Position numbers and translations under genes: made by a program. From the IMG/VR virus record IMGVR_UViG_3300040971_000117, positions 1 to 34,636 of that record: a stretch of DNA of 34,636 bases; one strand, given 5' to 3'. The notes below the pieces were generated by a model, which saw nothing but the letters and a program-made list of their open reading frames with translations, did no database searches and had not been told where the DNA came from. This document shows positions 1 to 10,272 of this stretch, piece by piece. Position 1 is the stretch's first letter, and each line of letters begins with the position of its first letter. The DNA is from a virus (lineage: Duplodnaviria > Caudoviricetes).

Positions 1-283
1 ACACATACGGGAAATCGCTCGTGAAAGTCAGGCGTGGCTGCCGCGCGCGCAAAAGCCCTGGGTAATCCGGGTCGCTGTACAAATCAACCTGCAAATTATA
101 TACAGCCGGCACGCCATCGTTCCAGGCCTCGGTCTCTGTGCCATGCAAGGTAACCCGGATGTAGTTTGGTCGGCTGGTGTCAGCAACTGTTCCGTCCGCC
201 CAACCGGTCCAGCCGACGTGACGAACAGGGAGCAAGGCCTGCATGGTTGCGCGAAATTGTCGCTGTAATGCCTTCCAGTTCAT
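1..283 (-). CDS. Partial phage tail-region protein (MNWKALQRQFRATMQALLPVRHVGWTG...), runs off the window
   Basis: My translation: ATG at 283 overlaps the upstream stop (ATGA), AAGGAG RBS upstream, open to the window edge. Not in the ORF track. Confidence 0.75.
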   Translation of the reverse strand, partial: MNWKALQRQFRATMQALLPVRHVGWTGWADGTVADTSRPNYIRVTLHGTETEAWNDGVPAVYNLQVDLYSDPDYPGLLRARQPRLTFTSDFPYV

Positions 284-3200
284 TCGGGCGCTCCTTCTGG
301 ATCTCCATAGAATACTTCGATGTTGTAGGCCGACAGGCCCGAATTACTGCCGCTTGGTGTGGTGTCGGCGGCACCTATGTCGTACAGATTGCCTGTTTTG
401 TCGTCCCAAGTTGCCCCATCATCCTCGGATAGCATAACCTTTCCACGTTTTAGGTTTGTTGCACCAATAAAGCCAATCCGATTTGCTGCTGCAAGCCATA
501 CTCCAGGGCTCGGCGACACAAGACATGGATTTCGTCCCAGGCCATCGGCGGTATAGTTTGGGGGAGTTCCATCGTTCGGGATTAATACATCTTGATCCCA
601 GTGATCACCACCATCCACGGATCGCCAGAAATAACCGTCATAACCGGCTATGAGACAGTTTTCCCCTAGCGGGTCAATCCCAAGCATGTTGCGCACATCG
701 CGCAAACGCGTGTTTTCGTTGCCGCTCAGCGCGACATCTGCAACTGGTACTTCGTCTGTTGACCAAGACAGGGAACTTTCGAGGTCTGGTCCCAGAATAA
801 ATTTGCGTAACACAGAACCCGCCGCGGGAATATGATAGTAAATCAAATCTTTGCTATAGCCTATGCGGTGATGTATATAGTTACCAAATTCAAACGCATC
901 CGCATCACGCGAGAATCTATATAAATTATCTGTGTCTATGCCGTTTATCACCATTTGTTGAAAACTCGTTTCAGAGTTGCCTGTGTTTGAGCTTTGGGCA
1001 ATTGGCAATCCGTCCGCAACTGTAATATTGCGGAGATGGTCAAAACCCCAAAACCTGTCAATGTCTCCCGGAGAAAGACCGAATGTTTTTGGTCGTAATC
1101 TCGTCCAGGATGCCCCTTCATCCAGCGAGCGAATCATTATTGTTTCCGGGTACTCCGCTGGCACGGCATTGGAGCGGTAAAACGCATTATTTCCAGCCCA
1201 CACAAATATTGCGCCAGATACGGCATCAATACCACATCCATAAATTACGTTTGTCCCAGCGGCGGCACCACGTGGACAATAAGAATCTACATAGCCCAAA
1301 TCAAATGCCTTGTATAACTGTCCCGGTGTCGCCCCAATCTTGGCGACATATACCCCAAAAAGACTACAGGCCACCAACGTTTTGTCAAATCTGTGAGCAC
1401 CTATTTGATGCAGTAAACGCGGAGATAAGCTATCATCCAGTTTGATATTTTCGTTCAATGACTGCCAAGTCGGCTCCACATCGTTGATGTTGTATGTGAC
1501 ATACAGGCCGCCCCAACAATGCAGCACGACAGCCCGTACCTGCAAGTTCGTTGTGTCTGGATCGGGGAAAGGCTCAGGCGGGTCGGGCGGATCCGGCGGG
1601 TCGGGGGGAAAGGGGGAAATAACTATTTCATCAAATCCGGGTGGTGTACCGTTGACCGACAAATCCTCGAAGCTTTCGGCCTCCAGGCGCAGATTGACAA
1701 TCAGCTTGCCGGTGTGCGGCTCGAACTCATATTCCATCTCGCGCGGAATGGCCCGTCCGGAGAAGTCTTCGCCGCGCGGGTTGTCTGCCGCATCGATGCT
1801 GATCTGGACGTACTGCGCCGGCGCAATCGAAATTGCCCGATTGTTGGCCGCCAGGGTGACCGGTATATCCGGGTATTGGTTATTCAGCCTGCCACGATGC
1901 AGCCCGGCCAGACTATTGCTTTCGGCCTGGCTGGATGCCGCGATTTTATCCAATACCGCAATCCGCCCTTGTTGACCAGGCATCTGACCAGGGGACAGGC
2001 TGTAGAGCGTTCCGGCCGTGGTCTCGCTCGACAGTGCAACCTGAGCACACTCAGTCTGGTTATGCTTGTCAAACCTGACGCCGCGCCGCCGGTCCTGCTT
2101 GGTGATCTCCATAATCACCGGCAGGGCGTCTCGTGCAGTGTCGTCCAGGTATTGAGGGTCCACCTGGCAGAAGAAACGATTGTATTGGTCACTGAGCGGC
2201 GTAACAAAGCCCCTTCGCCCGATTTCGGCCAATTGCTCGTAAGCGGTCTGACCTGAAAGTTCCAGGGTAGGGATAACGCGTGTATCTGTCAGCGGCAGAT
2301 GCACATCGACGATGTCCATCAAGGTCGTGCGCCAGAAAAGCGTATGATGCAAAGCTTTGGCCAGCGTCATCCCCTGGATCTGTGTCCAGTCTGCCGGCGT
2401 TCCGCTGACATTCGTCAGGTAGAGCGTTTGCATTTCCATCCGCGCCTGCCAGTAATTGGCCGTCTCGATCCTGAACGTTACGCTGCCGCGCTGCGGGTTG
2501 CTGACGATGCCCTCCTCAGCAATCCAGCATTGTATGACCTGGTTCTCCGCACCGGCAAACAGGCCAACGCTGATTTCCTCGCCGCCGTAAAAATCACGTG
2601 CGAAAACCGTTACCAGCGCGCCCGGGCGCACCATCTCGACGTCCACGTAGGCCGTCACCTGGCAGGAAAAGCCGCCGTCAGCAAAGCTGCCAACCATATC
2701 GGAAAATTTTCCAACCGCCGGCATATCGCTCGCATCGAAAATGCGCAGGGTGCGCCAGGCTGTGTGCGTTTTGCCGTTGGCGGCGGTCACCGTCAGGCTG
2801 ACATGGTAGCGCCCTGGGGCGTCGTAGGTGGCGCTGGGTGTCGCCGTTGCGGCGCCACTGCTGCTGAGCGCGCCAGGAAACGTCCAGGCGTAAGCGCTGA
2901 TGGTCGAGCCGATACAATACGATTGCGAACCATCAAAATTGATGGCAACATCTGCCCCGCTCAGCCAAACACGCCGGTGCGGCCCGGCCATGGCCACCGG
3001 CGAGAAATTGGCGTGCTGGTCGCTGTAGGCGATATCCTCGTCCGCGTATAGGACGCCGTCTGAATAGGCGAACAATTTGCGCCATAGCTTTCGCTCGTCG
3101 ATGACCGTGACATAAACATCGTTGGCGAAATGCACATCGCTGGCAACACCGATATAGATCCGGCTGCTGGTGGCGGCTTTGCGCACACGCGCCTGGCCCA

Positions 3201-3432
3201 AATCATCGGCGCCGGGGATCGATCCTATCAAGGCCGTCATGCCCGCCAAAATATCGGTATAGGCGCCGCTACTAACATTGTCAAATCCAAAATCGCGCAC
3301 CAGATCGGTTGTGTTAAATGTTTCGTTGATTTGCGCGGCAAAAACCACGTTCGGCTCATCAAAATCGATGTACAGACGTGCATACTGCCCATCTTCGCGC
3401 AGGATTTCTTTTTGCTCAAGGCTCAGGCTCAT
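280..3432 (-). CDS. Large tail tip/baseplate protein: PKD domain, hub-like core, Pro-rich linker, C-terminal BNR/Asp-box beta-propeller (putative receptor binding)
   Basis: PKD signature (FDGSQS...YAWTF...PGRYHVSLTVT), PPDPPDPPDPP linker, Asp-boxes SLDEGASW, SVDGGDHW and SEDDGATW; position after tape measure and Dit-like gene. Confidence 0.8.
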   Translation of the reverse strand: MSLSLEQKEILREDGQYARLYIDFDEPNVVFAAQINETFNTTDLVRDFGFDNVSSGAYTDILAGMTALIGSIPGADDLGQARVRKAATSSRIYIGVASDVHFANDVYVTVIDERKLWRKLFAYSDGVLYADEDIAYSDQHANFSPVAMAGPHRRVWLSGADVAINFDGSQSYCIGSTISAYAWTFPGALSSSGAATATPSATYDAPGRYHVSLTVTAANGKTHTAWRTLRIFDASDMPAVGKFSDMVGSFADGGFSCQVTAYVDVEMVRPGALVTVFARDFYGGEEISVGLFAGAENQVIQCWIAEEGIVSNPQRGSVTFRIETANYWQARMEMQTLYLTNVSGTPADWTQIQGMTLAKALHHTLFWRTTLMDIVDVHLPLTDTRVIPTLELSGQTAYEQLAEIGRRGFVTPLSDQYNRFFCQVDPQYLDDTARDALPVIMEITKQDRRRGVRFDKHNQTECAQVALSSETTAGTLYSLSPGQMPGQQGRIAVLDKIAASSQAESNSLAGLHRGRLNNQYPDIPVTLAANNRAISIAPAQYVQISIDAADNPRGEDFSGRAIPREMEYEFEPHTGKLIVNLRLEAESFEDLSVNGTPPGFDEIVISPFPPDPPDPPDPPEPFPDPDTTNLQVRAVVLHCWGGLYVTYNINDVEPTWQSLNENIKLDDSLSPRLLHQIGAHRFDKTLVACSLFGVYVAKIGATPGQLYKAFDLGYVDSYCPRGAAAGTNVIYGCGIDAVSGAIFVWAGNNAFYRSNAVPAEYPETIMIRSLDEGASWTRLRPKTFGLSPGDIDRFWGFDHLRNITVADGLPIAQSSNTGNSETSFQQMVINGIDTDNLYRFSRDADAFEFGNYIHHRIGYSKDLIYYHIPAAGSVLRKFILGPDLESSLSWSTDEVPVADVALSGNENTRLRDVRNMLGIDPLGENCLIAGYDGYFWRSVDGGDHWDQDVLIPNDGTPPNYTADGLGRNPCLVSPSPGVWLAAANRIGFIGATNLKRGKVMLSEDDGATWDDKTGNLYDIGAADTTPSGSNSGLSAYNIEVFYGDPEGAPE

Positions 3433-3809
3433 GATCCAACCACCTCGACCAGGAACGAAAATTGGATGCGCAGGTTTTGCGACCAGTAATTCTCCTGGTC
3501 TTCTTCGAGCGGCCAGCGCATGATTGCCTGGTAGAGATATACCAGCCCATCATCCATTAGCGATTCGATATATATATCAGCGGACAGGCCAGGGCAAAAA
3601 GCTTTTAGCTGGTTGCGGATGGCAATCTCATTGAACAGCGGGAAAACCCATACTACGGACGGCGCGCCCATCCCGCGCAGGTGGCCGTCATCCAGTTCCT
3701 CGGCATCCGGGTAGCGCATTGGGATGACATTTGGGATCGGGATCTGGATGGCAAAATCATCCAGGTCGATCATCTCTTCCAGGGTGGTGCCTATCTTGAA
3801 ATTGCTCAT
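3429..3809 (-). CDS. Distal tail (Dit-like) protein
   Basis: 126 aa, coupled directly downstream of the tape measure gene; positional call. Confidence 0.55.
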   Translation of the reverse strand: MSNFKIGTTLEEMIDLDDFAIQIPIPNVIPMRYPDAEELDDGHLRGMGAPSVVWVFPLFNEIAIRNQLKAFCPGLSADIYIESLMDDGLVYLYQAIMRWPLEEDQENYWSQNLRIQFSFLVEVVGS

Positions 3810-5479
3810 GCAGGTCTCATTCCTCGAACAACTTGTTTCCCAAACGCATCCAGGCGCTGGTCTATGACGCGGTTGACATCCCGAATGCTAAGACCACCCG
3901 CAAGGTTATAAGTATTACTGTGAGACTGGCTGATTTGCTGGGCCGAGTTTTGCACCGGTTTGGACATGGTGCGCGCAATTTGTTCGGGTCGCATCGCTTT
4001 TTGAAAATCTCCCATGTATCCTAGGGCGCTCATCTTCCCTAGCCAACCGAACTTTCGCGAAGGAGAGCGAGCATCCAGCGTGCGCTTGGCGGCATCAAAT
4101 GCGGCTTGCGCAGCCCGTTTGACCGTCGACACTAGCCCCGCGATGCTCTGCGAAATACCTAAAATCATTCCGGCAATAATCTCGCGGCCCAGTCGTGACC
4201 AGTCGTAGCGGAATATTTTGATGATATTGTCGCGCAGTCTGGCGAACCAGTCGCCAACTTTTCTACCACCTTGTTGCACTGAATTTACGAGCCATTTCCA
4301 GCCCTCGCCAAAATAATATTTGATGATGAACCACAACTGCTCCACCGTTGTGGTGATTCCCATAAAGTTTGTTTTAAATGCCGCATACACAAAAAACAGC
4401 GTTGCTGCGATCAACAGCAAGGGCAGTATCACAGCCGCCGCGCTGGCCAGCAAAGCCCCCAGGGCAGGCAAAACCGTGCCGGTGATAACAGCCCCAATCG
4501 ATGCCAGGGCGGGCGTTAGCGCAGCCACGCCGCCGGTAATTGCTGGCCATGCCGTCACTGTCCCACTGATCAGGCCGATCAGCGAGCCAAGCCCCGATAA
4601 AACCGGTCCAAGAGCGGCAGCCAGGCCCAGCATAACCAGAACGCCTTTTTGAGCGGATGGCGACAAGGCATTGAACCCCTCGATCATTTTATTGAGAGCA
4701 GTCACAACCTGAAGCGCAACTGGAAGCAGGTTCTGGCCCAGGGTGCGCAGCATATTTTCAAACTGCGCCTGCGCTATACGTGTCTGGTTCGCCAGGCCTC
4801 CGCTGGTTTCAGCAAAATCATTGATGGCCGGGTTGAGCTGTTCATCCAGCGCGATCGCATTCAAGATAATTGCGCGCTCGTTGGCTGTCAGGTTCTTCGT
4901 GGTTGCATCGATCAGCCCCTTGGCAACGCCATAGGTTTTCATGTAGGCATCATTGATGAACGGGAAATACTTTTGGATCGGTTCATACTGCCCACGAATG
5001 GCGCTCTGCCAGGCAGCCGATACATCATCCACCTGGGCATTGTGAAACGATGCCAGGTCTGCAAAATGCTTTACGGCCTGCTCAGATAATTCTGCTGTTT
5101 TCTGAACACCCATGCCACCCGCTTTCAGAGCAGCGGCAATCGACGATGAATAATCCAAATACTTCTCTGCGCTCAGGCCCAGCGCCGTGTCAGCTTTTTC
5201 AGCGTTTTTGATGACGCTATCTGACATATCTTCGAAGACAACCATCGCCTTATTCTTGGTTTCTTCAAAATCGCTGGCAGTCTTGATGGCGGCGCCTCCC
5301 ATGGCCAGGATTGGCAATGTGAGGCCAATCGTTAGCGCATTGCCAACACTTTTCATGGTTGCGCCCAGCTTCAGGCCTGTTTGCCCGAGTTTCTGCATCT
5401 GGTCCTGGGCGCTTTTCACCCCTTTTTGCACACCCGTTGTATCCAAAACTACTTTGCCGTAAGCGCTGCCTAATAACAT
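3806..5479 (-). CDS. Tail tape measure protein
   Basis: Ala/Gly-rich helical protein with LTIGLTLPILAMGGAAIKTASDFE, hydrophobic middle and C-terminal SPSRKF motif; follows the tail chaperones. Confidence 0.92.
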   Translation of the reverse strand: MLLGSAYGKVVLDTTGVQKGVKSAQDQMQKLGQTGLKLGATMKSVGNALTIGLTLPILAMGGAAIKTASDFEETKNKAMVVFEDMSDSVIKNAEKADTALGLSAEKYLDYSSSIAAALKAGGMGVQKTAELSEQAVKHFADLASFHNAQVDDVSAAWQSAIRGQYEPIQKYFPFINDAYMKTYGVAKGLIDATTKNLTANERAIILNAIALDEQLNPAINDFAETSGGLANQTRIAQAQFENMLRTLGQNLLPVALQVVTALNKMIEGFNALSPSAQKGVLVMLGLAAALGPVLSGLGSLIGLISGTVTAWPAITGGVAALTPALASIGAVITGTVLPALGALLASAAAVILPLLLIAATLFFVYAAFKTNFMGITTTVEQLWFIIKYYFGEGWKWLVNSVQQGGRKVGDWFARLRDNIIKIFRYDWSRLGREIIAGMILGISQSIAGLVSTVKRAAQAAFDAAKRTLDARSPSRKFGWLGKMSALGYMGDFQKAMRPEQIARTMSKPVQNSAQQISQSHSNTYNLAGGLSIRDVNRVIDQRLDAFGKQVVRGMRPA

Positions 5480-5483
5480 ACTC

Positions 5484-5750
5484 TCACCATGTGCCGTCTT
5501 CTTTGATCTTTATACGCCTCGCTCTTTTGGCTCGGCGCGGATCAACAAATTCTTGTTTTTTGGGCTTGCCTCTAAACGGTTCACGACCGGCTTCGATCTC
5601 TTTTTCGACATGCCTGCCCAACCACAGGCAGGCTGTATCAAATTGGATAGCGCCAAGGTCTGTTTCCATCTGGAGCATTTCTGATGGCCTCCATCCGTAG
5701 GCCTCGCCGATGCTATGCAGCAGGTGCAGGTTCTGTGGCTTCTTGGCGAA
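5484..5750 (-). CDS. Tail assembly chaperone C-terminal (gpT-like) extension, probably reached by frameshift
   Basis: Open frame overlapping the 3' end of the chaperone in the +1 frame; YGWRPSEML motif; lies between chaperone and tape measure. Confidence 0.7.
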   Translation of the reverse strand, partial: FAKKPQNLHLLHSIGEAYGWRPSEMLQMETDLGAIQFDTACLWLGRHVEKEIEAGREPFRGKPKKQEFVDPRRAKRARRIKIKEDGTW

Positions 5751-6171
5751 ATTTATCCGCCACCGGCGCCACCTCCCGGTTGGCCCATGCAAATATCTGC
5801 ATGCGGTCATCCCCTGGAATCTCTTCGATCCCCAGGTGGTCAGCGTCAGGGGTATCTGCAACAGGCGGTTCTACAACGCAGACCTTGACAATCCCATTGA
5901 CAAGAGCGCCAAAGTCAGACGATCCTGCAAACTTGTTAAGGTCAACGCTGGCCTGATCGCCGTCTTCAGATTGCGCAACGATCAAATTCAAAAGACCCTG
6001 CGGAAGATTTCCCAAGAGCATCAGATCGCTCATACTGGCATCCCGCACCCAGATCTCAAGGCCGGAAACTTCCAAGGTTATCACCTGGTAATGATTCGCG
6101 CGGTATTGCGCCAGGCTTTTACGCCTGGCGCTCTTGGCCTGTTCAATTTTTGCCAGGGTGCCATCGTCCAT
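5713..6171 (-). CDS. Tail assembly chaperone (gpG-like)
   Basis: Position between major tail and tape measure genes; VCVVEP and IFAWA...DKFR pattern. Confidence 0.75.
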   Translation of the reverse strand: MDDGTLAKIEQAKSARRKSLAQYRANHYQVITLEVSGLEIWVRDASMSDLMLLGNLPQGLLNLIVAQSEDGDQASVDLNKFAGSSDFGALVNGIVKVCVVEPPVADTPDADHLGIEEIPGDDRMQIFAWANREVAPVADKFRQEATEPAPAA

Positions 6172-6172
6172 A

Positions 6173-6682
6173 TTATGATCCTGACCCTTCTGTGTTCAGC
6201 TCAGTGGCGGTCTCGTTCTGGACAATTTCCCAGCCCAAGGCCTCGCCTTTGTAGGCGCTCTTGGTGAATTCAGCGTCCTGAAGCGGCGCTTCCATGCCGT
6301 CCGTCAGCTTGGCATTGATGATGTGGTAATGAACATCATCCGCGCCCACACCCAACGCTTTGCCATAGATGTCGAAGTACGGGTAGCGGTTGGTGTCGCT
6401 GGATGCCAGGGTCAAGGTCTCGTCGGGCGTACTCCCTGCAGAGACGGCTGTCAGGCCGCTCATCAGGGCATAGGCTTCCAACGAGATACCCAGGGCTTCC
6501 ATTTCCCATTCAACGCCATCTGGGGCGCTTGCCAGGGCGCGCAGCCGGTCTCCGCCGCGTCCACGACCCGTCACCATCTTTTCCTTGAACTTCAAGGTCA
6601 GACCGGCGGGCAGCTCAACGACAGTCGAACCGACTTTGAGCTTGATTTCTTTCAATCCGAAAGGCATATCTCCGTAAGGCAT
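6173..6682 (-). CDS. Major tail (tube) protein
   Basis: PFGLKEIKL N-terminus, PYFDIYGKA motif, acidic 169 aa, strong AGGAG RBS, canonical position. Confidence 0.8.
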   Translation of the reverse strand: MPYGDMPFGLKEIKLKVGSTVVELPAGLTLKFKEKMVTGRGRGGDRLRALASAPDGVEWEMEALGISLEAYALMSGLTAVSAGSTPDETLTLASSDTNRYPYFDIYGKALGVGADDVHYHIINAKLTDGMEAPLQDAEFTKSAYKGEALGWEIVQNETATELNTEGSGS

Positions 6683-6703
6683 ATTGATCTCCTAACTTGT
6701 GCG

Positions 6704-7120
6704 CTATGCGCGCTTGCGAATAAGATTCCACCGCTGGACGGCCATCGGGCATTTCAGGCCCTCATCAACCGTTCGCGCGATTTCTGAATTAAATTGCACT
6801 TCCCAGACGCTGCTGGTTCCGATGTGCAGTTGTTCCAATAGGGTATGGATGCGCGCCAAGGCAGCATCGATGGCTGTATATCCTGAACGCTGATACAGGT
6901 AGATCACCAGCGGGGTTTGCACCGCCTGGATCTTATTTTGCATGGCCAGCTCGTTACTGCTCTTGAGCAGGGCGCAGGGTTTGATCTCGTTGTTGGCATT
7001 AAAGGCTGCGGGCGCCAACTGACGTGTGATCTCGCCGGTATCATGGATGCCACCGGTCAAGATCGCCACCAGGGTTGCATCGGCTTCCAACAGGGTTTCG
7101 ATTGCGCTGACAATGCTCAT
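6704..7120 (-). CDS. Tail terminator / completion protein
   Basis: 138 aa, LEADATLVAILTGGIH N-terminus typical of this class, immediately upstream of the major tail gene. Confidence 0.65.
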   Translation of the reverse strand: MSIVSAIETLLEADATLVAILTGGIHDTGEITRQLAPAAFNANNEIKPCALLKSSNELAMQNKIQAVQTPLVIYLYQRSGYTAIDAALARIHTLLEQLHIGTSSVWEVQFNSEIARTVDEGLKCPMAVQRWNLIRKRA

Positions 7121-8244
7121 TTCTTCATCGCCTTTTCGAGTTCCTTCTCACTTCCATACAACCAGGTGTTCAGCAACTCGGTTTCCTGGGTCAGATCCAC
7201 GCCCGCGCCGCCGGTGATGTTCTGGCCATAGGCATCCATCGCTGGCCAGGACTGCGAACCGTCCAGCCAGCCGCGCATCGCATTCACAAAATCATCGTCG
7301 CTCATGTTCACGGACACCTTGTAGCACAGGCATTCCGGATGCAAAGGTAGGACGATCGTGCCAACTGGGTAAATCCCCTTGCCTTCATCGCCCTGGCTGA
7401 TGACATCGTCACAGATATCGGGCTCCGGGTGGCTTTCGCTCAGCACGATGCGCTCCATCTGCACCCAGGGAGATGCAGCCAGCTGCACATCGGTTGCGGC
7501 GCCATGAATGGCCTGTATCTCTGTTCGTGCCAGGCGCAGTGCCTTGTAGGCCACTCCCTGACCGTCACAGGCATCGCCCTTGATCAGACCTTGCAAATCG
7601 CCGCCAGCAATCTGGCTCTTTGTCAGGCCATACAAGCGGGAAGATGTCCAACGCGGGCAATCTTCACTGGCCCCAAGATATTGTTCCAGCTGCTTGGCCA
7701 GGCTGAAAGCGTCCTGTTTTTCGACGATCGCAGATACAATCTTCATGTTGATCGCTTCGCGCACTTCCCGGTCCATCCGCCAAACCCGCCCGGAAAGGTT
7801 CAGGCCATCCAGGGTGCGCTCCTGGGCGCTGGCCACCAGGTTGCGAAACTGTTGGTCGATCCAGGCTGAAAACAGCGGGTTGGGCCTGCTGGCCTCGCTC
7901 AGCTCGATAACAGTTGGTCTCACCAATCGGTTGTGTTCTTCAGCCATCAAAGAGAATGGCAATCGGGCAGCCTGGCGCATGCCAGCCATTGTGAACTGCA
8001 ATATATCCACCTGGCAATCTCCCCAGGCTTTCAGGATCTCGGTTTGGGCGCTGTATCCACTGGCCCCATCCAGAACGCCCTCTGCCCCGCCGTGTCGCAA
8101 TAATATTGCACGCGCCTGGCGCGAGAAATCAGCGATCCGTAAATGGATCTCGCCAATCACCCACAGGTGAACGCGGGCCAGGGCCGCGATCTCTGCCTGG
8201 ATCAACTTGCTCGATGGAATCTGCCGGATGCTTTTATCTGCCAT
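7117..8244 (-). CDS. Minor head protein (Mu gpF / SPP1 gp7-like)
   Basis: LSGRVW, RLARTE, DICD and LPLHPECLC motifs; directly downstream of the portal. Confidence 0.85.
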   Translation of the reverse strand: MADKSIRQIPSSKLIQAEIAALARVHLWVIGEIHLRIADFSRQARAILLRHGGAEGVLDGASGYSAQTEILKAWGDCQVDILQFTMAGMRQAARLPFSLMAEEHNRLVRPTVIELSEASRPNPLFSAWIDQQFRNLVASAQERTLDGLNLSGRVWRMDREVREAINMKIVSAIVEKQDAFSLAKQLEQYLGASEDCPRWTSSRLYGLTKSQIAGGDLQGLIKGDACDGQGVAYKALRLARTEIQAIHGAATDVQLAASPWVQMERIVLSESHPEPDICDDVISQGDEGKGIYPVGTIVLPLHPECLCYKVSVNMSDDDFVNAMRGWLDGSQSWPAMDAYGQNITGGAGVDLTQETELLNTWLYGSEKELEKAMKK

Positions 8245-9527
8245 TAGATGCTCAACCCTTTCAGCATGCCAGCCAGGCGTTCGCTATCGCCCGATCCAGC
8301 TGCAGCCATTGTGGCCGCGTTTAACTCAATGCCTGGCAGGAAGTAAGCCATGATCGCGCTGATGTCTTCATCACTGACCTGCAACAATTTCAACTTGAGC
8401 AGGGCATCTGCCAGATCACGGATCAATGCAGGCGTCAGGCTGACGCGCGGGCGCCAGATCAAGCTGTACTGTACGCTTTGCGGCAATATGCCTGCCAACA
8501 GCCAGGCCCGTTCGAAAAGCGGCTTCAAAAGCTGATCTGTCAACCATTCCCGGCCCTGCTCCAGGCTTTCGCCATACTGCTCTTTTTGGTCGCCTAAAAT
8601 ATCGCGGTTCAGATCTGCGCCGTAGCCGATCAGACCCAGGGGCACGTCGCTGGCCGTGGCCAGCGTCTCAAGGTGGAATTTGATATCTCCGATCGTATCC
8701 AGGGAAGTGCCTTCACCCTGGATCACATTGATTGATGATTTTTTGTTCGTGAAATAATCAGCCACAGCTGAAAAAGGTGATTCAATCGCTTTTTTATTGG
8801 TGACTTTATAAGCTTCCACATCTGCTGGACTGCCCTCAATCACATGCTGGTATCGAATGCCTGATCGGGTCTTGCGCCGCACGCTGACATCCATTTCGCC
8901 TTCAGATACCCTTCGGTAAGCGCTGGTCCCTGAAGACATCATCGGTTGTCCGTAGCGGCTTTCCTCATCATGATTCCAGCGCAGATGAATGATCTGCCAT
9001 TCGGAAAACCAGGTGGCCTTGGTAGTGTCTTCGCTATATTGGCTGGCATCCAACAGGTAAAAAGCCCGGGCCGGGTTCTCAAACTTATCCACACTGTTTG
9101 AATTGCGCCGCATTTGCAGGGTTGGCTTGCGCGTTATCTCTGCGACTTGCATCACTTCGTTGATGCCCAGCTCGACAAATGAGTCACCATCGCGGGCGGT
9201 CAAACGCACATAATCTTCGCATTTTTGATTAAGACCCAACCGCACTTGCAGGTCGTCGATCACCTGTTTGGCCTGCGCGTTGCTGGTTTTGAGCACAAAT
9301 CCGCCGCGTACCATATCGCGCGCAAGCTGGCGGTGCATCTTCTCAACCCGTGGGTCAACCTTGTACATCTTGCGGCAGGTCTCCACAACTCCCTTACGGT
9401 CCAAATCAGCCCGGAAGCGGTTCAGGTCAGAAGCTGAACTTTGGTCGCGCGTTTCGGTAGTGGTGGTTTTTTCAGGCGCGGCCTGTCTTGTAAAAATGTT
9501 GCTGATCGTGTTCCATAAAGTGGCCAT
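8244..9527 (-). CDS. Portal protein
   Basis: 427 aa; RDGDSFVE, IIHLRW...SRYGQPMM and VPLGLIG motifs; followed by the gpF-like gene. Confidence 0.85.
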   Translation of the reverse strand: MATLWNTISNIFTRQAAPEKTTTTETRDQSSASDLNRFRADLDRKGVVETCRKMYKVDPRVEKMHRQLARDMVRGGFVLKTSNAQAKQVIDDLQVRLGLNQKCEDYVRLTARDGDSFVELGINEVMQVAEITRKPTLQMRRNSNSVDKFENPARAFYLLDASQYSEDTTKATWFSEWQIIHLRWNHDEESRYGQPMMSSGTSAYRRVSEGEMDVSVRRKTRSGIRYQHVIEGSPADVEAYKVTNKKAIESPFSAVADYFTNKKSSINVIQGEGTSLDTIGDIKFHLETLATASDVPLGLIGYGADLNRDILGDQKEQYGESLEQGREWLTDQLLKPLFERAWLLAGILPQSVQYSLIWRPRVSLTPALIRDLADALLKLKLLQVSDEDISAIMAYFLPGIELNAATMAAAGSGDSERLAGMLKGLSI

Positions 9528-9529
9528 AG

Positions 9530-9973
9530 TTACCTTTTGAAAATCCTTTGCGCCAATCGTTCCAGCCGCGGCAGGTTTTTCTCGATGGTGCTCATGATGA
9601 TGGCATATCGCCCGCCGTTTTTGGTCTCAAGAAATTTTCCATAAAAAACAGTGTGTGAAACAACGATGATGAGGATGTCATTGTTGCCTTGCTCAACGCT
9701 GGTATCTTTCATCAATGCTTGAGATGCTGCGCTGACTTCTCCGATCAACGTGCCAAAACCCAATCCATCGACCGCATAAAAAATACCGCTGCGCGCATTG
9801 CCTGTGCGATCTTCCCAGGGTCCTTTTTGGCGGGCATCATCCTGGACATCCTGGCCCCATTTCCCGGCAATCGCATGCAAAGCGACTTTTGCCTTTTCGG
9901 CATAGTCAGCAATCGCATCACCAAGATGCTCAGGAGTTTTGCCAGCCACCCAGGTAAACCCGCTGCCGCTCAT
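9530..9973 (-). CDS. Neck protein (HK97 gp10-like)
   Basis: PWEDRTGNARSGI and YGKFLE motifs. Confidence 0.8.
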   Translation of the reverse strand: MSGSGFTWVAGKTPEHLGDAIADYAEKAKVALHAIAGKWGQDVQDDARQKGPWEDRTGNARSGIFYAVDGLGFGTLIGEVSAASQALMKDTSVEQGNNDILIIVVSHTVFYGKFLETKNGGRYAIIMSTIEKNLPRLERLAQRIFKR

Positions 9974-10272
9974 TGCACAACCTGTATTTCAGCGATGGTG
10001 GCCTGGCTGCGGTTGGGCTGGATAAAGCTGATCTTCCAAAGCAGTCCATCAGCGTTGAAGCGATCTTCAACTGCAATATCGGCATCGATTGCACCCATCA
10101 AGACACCGTCCGCGCGCCGCTCACGGCTGGCATCGCCGCGTATCTGCTGATTCTTGCTCAGCCGCTCGACCCTGAAGTCTTGAGCTGCTAGGCTTGTCTC
10201 ACCACGTCGAATGACGATTGACTGGCTTCTCAAGCTGACAACTTTCGCAAGCGCGCTTTGGATATTCATCAC
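9970..10272 (-). CDS. Head closure / head-tail joining protein
   Basis: 100 aa beta-rich; DIAVEDRF...WKI pattern; position. Confidence 0.6.
   Translation of the reverse strand: MMNIQSALAKVVSLRSQSIVIRRGETSLAAQDFRVERLSKNQQIRGDASRERRADGVLMGAIDADIAVEDRFNADGLLWKISFIQPNRSQATIAEIQVVQ

Noticed and set aside
280-3432. Diversity-generating retroelement target
   Set aside because: No reverse transcriptase and no template/variable repeat pair seen in the window
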